DNA from: a virus | Taxonomy: Duplodnaviria > Caudoviricetes | Direction: 5' to 3' (one strand) | DNA length: 40,427 nucleotides | Virus record (IMG/VR): IMGVR_UViG_3300017761_004934 | Location: 1-40,427 of that record | Shown here: in pieces, positions 36,295 to 40,427 of the stretch | How positions within the stretch are numbered: position 1 is the first letter of the stretch | Layout of the letters: every line of letters begins with the position of its first letter | Made by a program: the position numbers and the translations under genes | Notes under the pieces: model-generated | The model's input: the letters and a program-made list of their open reading frames with translations, nothing else | Database searches by the model: none | Told to the model about the DNA's origin: nothing

Positions 36295-39138
36295 ATGAGC
36301 ATAATTATAGCAAGTCAGAGTGTTTGGCCGTTAGATGGAAGATATAATTTTACCAGCACAACACCAACAACTGGTTCTTCACTTGGGGAAGGACTGTTGC
36401 AGAATAATTATTCTTTTTTAACAAGCTCTGGTTTAAGCAATTTTACTTCTTCTATTGCCTATTTTTACAAACATACTCTTCCATCAAGAATAAGTATTAA
36501 ATCTAAATCTGGATTATCAAGTATTGTAACATCTTCAACTAGTTTACCAACAGATCTTATGTTTAACAATTCTGCAAACTGGGATGTTGCTGATCAAGCT
36601 GGTAAGGGTCCGTATTACGATTCATACGAAGAATGGCTAGGTGAAGCAAAATATGCAACAAAAGATTTCTCTATATTACCAGAGTATAAAATAAGTGATG
36701 CTGGTTTAAGATTTTATAACGATAACACAATTGATTTAACAGAAGGAGATGAATCCTTTCTTTCTATTACAGGTGCTTACTACAGCAGCTCAATAGAACA
36801 AAATTTCTATGAAACATATGCTCATTCTGAAAACAACGAAAAACTTTTACAAATAATTAAACAACTTCCAAATGGAGTTGGAAAAATTGATATTAGTATA
36901 GATGCACTAATAAAATTTAATCCATATGAAGGATTCTATCCTGTAGAGCGAACAGTACAATTAGCATCATTATTCTCTTCTTCGTATGCAGATGATTTTA
37001 ATTATTCTAAAAATGGTGTTACTACTACTTCATCAGTAGAGAAAAAAGCTTTATTAGGAAAAGCTATACAACCATTTTATGCTCCTGGTATAATGTATAA
37101 TACTATAAAATCTGGTATTTCTGTTGATTATCCATTAATTTCTTCTAGCTTTTCTTATAATACTTCACCAAGATTTTATGATGGAGTAGATGAGAAAAAT
37201 TATGTAATTACAAAAGATAGATTTGATTATAGATTACCATTTGATGCAATAGTTTATCCAGAACAATATTATGATTCAGCAGTAGATATGAATCCAAATC
37301 CATCTGGTAATTTTGGTTATACTGCTTCTTTTATAGATGTTAGAGGTAATACATATTATTCTCAAGCAGTTTCTAACTTTCTTGGAGAAGTAGAAAATTT
37401 TTATCTAGCAAAAAATAGAATAATAATAAGACCAAATACTATAGGTACTAGTGGATTTGTTGGTGGAGATGCTGTAAGCAAAATTAATATTGATAGTAAT
37501 AAAATAGGAAAAACATATTCTGCTTTAATACAACTTTATAAAACAACTGATTATAACGTTAGACCATCACCAGTAAGATTAAGAACCAATACTTCTTCTG
37601 CTCCAACACCACAAAGTTTTGATGAAGAAAGTATAACAATGTATTCTTCACCCTCTGCATTTGGTCCACCTTGTGGCGGCGGTCATAATAACAACAATAT
37701 TAGTGGTGTTATTGATGCTTGTAATGGATATAATTCTCCATTTACACCACCATATTATGATGGAGCCGCATGGGCATTTATAGATTTTACTCCCCTAGCT
37801 GCTGGCACATATACTATGTCCGATATTTTAAATTCTTCTAGTATAACTTACTTAAGATATGAATTTCTTTCAGCAAGTATTTCAGATGGTTTTGGTTATT
37901 ACTATGGAAATAGCATAACCAAAGATGAACCACAAGGATGGAACAATATAAACGAAAATGCTATGCAACTTGATTCTTCTGTTAAAATATATGAATCTAA
38001 CGATACTTGGATAATAGAAAGCAAATTTGAAACACCTATTTTAAATTTTGATCCAAATTTTACAGATAACAGTCCATCTATAACACTAAAAGGTGATATA
38101 CCAACTGACTCTTTAGTGCCAAGAGGAATGTGGCACCAATATGGTAAAAAACCATCCGATGATGAAGGAATTTTTATAAAAATATCTGATATACCAAATT
38201 CATATAAAAAATATGGAAGTAGAAGTTCTGTTAGGGTAACTGGTACTGTTTATGCGGCTCCTTCATTAACAGGTTCTTTGCTTACAGAAATATTAAGATT
38301 TGATGGTAATAAGAAAATAAAACTAGGAAATGTAAGACCACAGAAGATACTTTCAGAAGCAATTGTTGCTATTCCTTTTACTATTAAAAATAATAAAAGA
38401 GAATTTTTTACTATTCCTTTACATTATCAAGTCCCATCAGAACTTATAAAATTTGATAATGGAAATGGTTCTTGGGCATCTGATGAAACAAAAAAGAACT
38501 TTCAAGATTGTTCGTCAATTATAACAAAACAAAAAAATCTAATGGATAGATATGCACTACCACCACACCTTAACTGGTTAAAATATGACGTTCCAAAATA
38601 TTTAATGTTTTTAACTGAGATTAATGAAACAGTAAACGAACAAGATCTTATAGATATGTGGCAAAATGTTTTACCATCAATAGGTACATTAGAAAACTGG
38701 AAACTTAAAAATATTGAATTTAAAAATATTCCTATTCAATTATTTAACGATAGGTTACCAAACTACTTGTCAGAACCAGTATACGATACTATAACCGCCG
38801 ATGTAGGAGATACATCAATTGGTGGTACAGAAACTGGTCTATCTCAACGACAACAAGTTGTTGTAGGTACGGTAGATACTGAATATATAATTGGTGATTC
38901 TGCTTTGATAGATTATACAATGTTAGATAAGATTGATAATCTACAATGGTTAATTTTTAAAGTAAAAAAACTAAGCAAATCTGATTATTCTGCCGCAACA
39001 ACCACAGAAGAACAAGCTAGAGGTTACGGTGGAGGCGGAGGCGCACCAGTTTCTAATACATTAAAATATCACAATTGGCCTTATGATTATTTTTCATTAA
39101 TTGAGAGTGCAAAAATTAAAATTAAATACAAGAACTAA
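36295..39138 (+). CDS. Large Ser/Thr-rich virion protein, possibly the C-terminal part of the preceding gene
   Basis: 947-aa ORF with GGGAG upstream and a composition similar to the upstream ORF; ends YHNWPYDYFSLIESAKI. Confidence 0.7.
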   Translation: MSIIIASQSVWPLDGRYNFTSTTPTTGSSLGEGLLQNNYSFLTSSGLSNFTSSIAYFYKHTLPSRISIKSKSGLSSIVTSSTSLPTDLMFNNSANWDVADQAGKGPYYDSYEEWLGEAKYATKDFSILPEYKISDAGLRFYNDNTIDLTEGDESFLSITGAYYSSSIEQNFYETYAHSENNEKLLQIIKQLPNGVGKIDISIDALIKFNPYEGFYPVERTVQLASLFSSSYADDFNYSKNGVTTTSSVEKKALLGKAIQPFYAPGIMYNTIKSGISVDYPLISSSFSYNTSPRFYDGVDEKNYVITKDRFDYRLPFDAIVYPEQYYDSAVDMNPNPSGNFGYTASFIDVRGNTYYSQAVSNFLGEVENFYLAKNRIIIRPNTIGTSGFVGGDAVSKINIDSNKIGKTYSALIQLYKTTDYNVRPSPVRLRTNTSSAPTPQSFDEESITMYSSPSAFGPPCGGGHNNNNISGVIDACNGYNSPFTPPYYDGAAWAFIDFTPLAAGTYTMSDILNSSSITYLRYEFLSASISDGFGYYYGNSITKDEPQGWNNINENAMQLDSSVKIYESNDTWIIESKFETPILNFDPNFTDNSPSITLKGDIPTDSLVPRGMWHQYGKKPSDDEGIFIKISDIPNSYKKYGSRSSVRVTGTVYAAPSLTGSLLTEILRFDGNKKIKLGNVRPQKILSEAIVAIPFTIKNNKREFFTIPLHYQVPSELIKFDNGNGSWASDETKKNFQDCSSIITKQKNLMDRYALPPHLNWLKYDVPKYLMFLTEINETVNEQDLIDMWQNVLPSIGTLENWKLKNIEFKNIPIQLFNDRLPNYLSEPVYDTITADVGDTSIGGTETGLSQRQQVVVGTVDTEYIIGDSALIDYTMLDKIDNLQWLIFKVKKLSKSDYSAATTTEEQARGYGGGGGAPVSNTLKYHNWPYDYFSLIESAKIKIKYKN

Positions 39139-39143
39139 TTATT
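39134..39143 (+). promoter_or_regulatory. Candidate late promoter motif
   Basis: ACTAATTATT overlapping the stop codon, before AGGA and ATG 39161. Confidence 0.4.
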
Positions 39144-39160
39144 TTACAGGAAATTTATAA

Positions 39161-40225
39161 ATGTCTTTCTTTAACTCAAAAGAAGAAGTTCTTGATATTC
39201 AGTTAACTCAATATGGAAAACTTTTATATTCTAAAGCAAAGTTCAAACCAATGTACTATGCTTTTTTTGACGATGATATAATTTATGATTCACAGTATAC
39301 AAATAATACAGAATCACAAAATTTAATAGAAACTAGAATACAAGAAGAAACGCCATATATAAAAACAATATCTTCTTTAGTAGGATGCGAAACAAATCTT
39401 CAAAGCTTAAACGAAGAAATATATAATAAAAATAATATTTTTAATTTTACTAAAATATTAGGAACTTCTGACTTAGATTATAACTATGCTGCATCTTGGA
39501 ACATAAATTTATTAAAAGGAACTATAAAAGATTTTAAAAATTATTTTACTGGTTCTAATAACCTAAATGTTAATGTTCCTCAAATAGATACTTCGGTTGT
39601 CTATGAAACTAGTGTTGTTGATGATTTTGTAACTTTAAGAGGAAGAATTACAAATAGCAACGTTCTTACTGTAGAAGAATATAATTTATTATTAAATTCA
39701 CCTAATGGATTTTTTAATGCTGTTGAAGCAAGCAAAGAACTAATAATTAACGAAAAAAGAGATCAAAAAAATTATAATAACTTTGACTTATCTGATATAT
39801 TTGCTGATGGCTCTGCTGTATTAGTAGAGCAAAAAACACTATTAGTTGATATTGGTGAACTGTATACGCAATTAGATAATGATATGTTTGAGATAGAAGT
39901 ATTTCGCTACGATAAAGATTCGGAAGGGCAAGATATTTTAACTAAATTGTTTTTTAAACACAAAGCACCTTCAATAGTCAATAATATACTAATGGATGAA
40001 ACCTCAGAAAACTATTTTTTATTAGATAATTCCTATGTAGAATATTATTTTGATGTTTTTGCAGATAACGAAATAGATAATGAAACTGTTTGTAACTTTA
40101 TCAGTCCAACACAAAACAGTAGAAACACAATGGTTTCTGTTGTTGCTTGCGATGAAACTATTAATCAGAAAACAACAAATAGTCTATATGCTACAGCAGC
40201 AAAACCAAACGGAGATAATTGTTAA
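39161..40225 (+). CDS. Hypothetical virion structural protein
   Basis: 354-aa ORF starting MSFFNSKEEVLDIQLTQYGK...YYAFFDDDIIYD, in the structural module. Confidence 0.7.
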   Translation: MSFFNSKEEVLDIQLTQYGKLLYSKAKFKPMYYAFFDDDIIYDSQYTNNTESQNLIETRIQEETPYIKTISSLVGCETNLQSLNEEIYNKNNIFNFTKILGTSDLDYNYAASWNINLLKGTIKDFKNYFTGSNNLNVNVPQIDTSVVYETSVVDDFVTLRGRITNSNVLTVEEYNLLLNSPNGFFNAVEASKELIINEKRDQKNYNNFDLSDIFADGSAVLVEQKTLLVDIGELYTQLDNDMFEIEVFRYDKDSEGQDILTKLFFKHKAPSIVNNILMDETSENYFLLDNSYVEYYFDVFADNEIDNETVCNFISPTQNSRNTMVSVVACDETINQKTTNSLYATAAKPNGDNC

Positions 40226-40227
40226 AA

Positions 40228-40427
40228 ATGTTTGCACCATCTATAAAATTTACTAATATATTGATAGAAAATGGTGGCAAACCTTTAGTTGTTTCTAATC
40301 CTCACATTGATTCTGATGCTGAGACAACAACAAATACTGGTTCTCAAAATTTATATAAATTAACTATAAAATTCTCAGTACTTGATCAATATAATGATAG
40401 TGGTGTTGCTTCTTGGATAGAAGATGA
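40228..40427 (+). CDS. Partial CDS truncated by the window end
   Basis: ATG 40228 opens MFAPSIKFTNILIENGGKPLVVSNPHIDSDAE...SWIED with no stop before 40427. Not in the supplied ORF track. Confidence 0.7.
   Translation, partial: MFAPSIKFTNILIENGGKPLVVSNPHIDSDAETTTNTGSQNLYKLTIKFSVLDQYNDSGVASWIED

Noticed and set aside
1-40427. Alternative genetic code (TAG or TGA recoding)
   Set aside because: Code 11 gives long intact ORFs with near-complete coding density, and TAA, TGA and TAG all occur at sensible gene ends.

Overview
AT-rich, gene-dense 40.4-kb fragment of a large, probably lytic, contractile-tailed dsDNA phage, with every credible gene on the + strand in the standard code. From left to right: (1) 1-4.4 kb, auxiliary genes (SpoU/TrmH RNA methyltransferase, lipoprotein-type lysozyme, PIN-PhoH, HEXXH metallopeptidase-like protein, Cas4-like PD-(D/E)XK nuclease). 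(2) 4.4-17.2 kb, a tightly coupled 14-gene glycan cluster (two GT4, GT2, RmlC/RmlB/RmlD, DegT aminotransferase, GT-A-like protein, AntD/VioB-like N-acyltransferase, SAM methyltransferase, PhyH-type dioxygenase, FabH, FabG-like SDR, GT2+GT92-like fusion). (3) 17.2-18.9 kb, small genes and a T4 gp55-like late sigma factor. (4) 18.9-40.4 kb, a baseplate/virion module (muramidase-bearing hub, spike, gp25, gp6, large LamG and Ser/Thr-rich proteins). The most notable candidate system is the glycan cluster. It parallels bacterial pathways for rhamnose capped by N-(3-hydroxyacyl)-O-methyl-viosamine/anthrose and may decorate the virion. Also notable are a recurring WCTAWTTAW candidate late promoter, an RBS-sequestering hairpin over the lysozyme gene with that motif inside it, and a possible split of one giant virion gene. 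All family calls come from motif recognition by eye; no database search was run.
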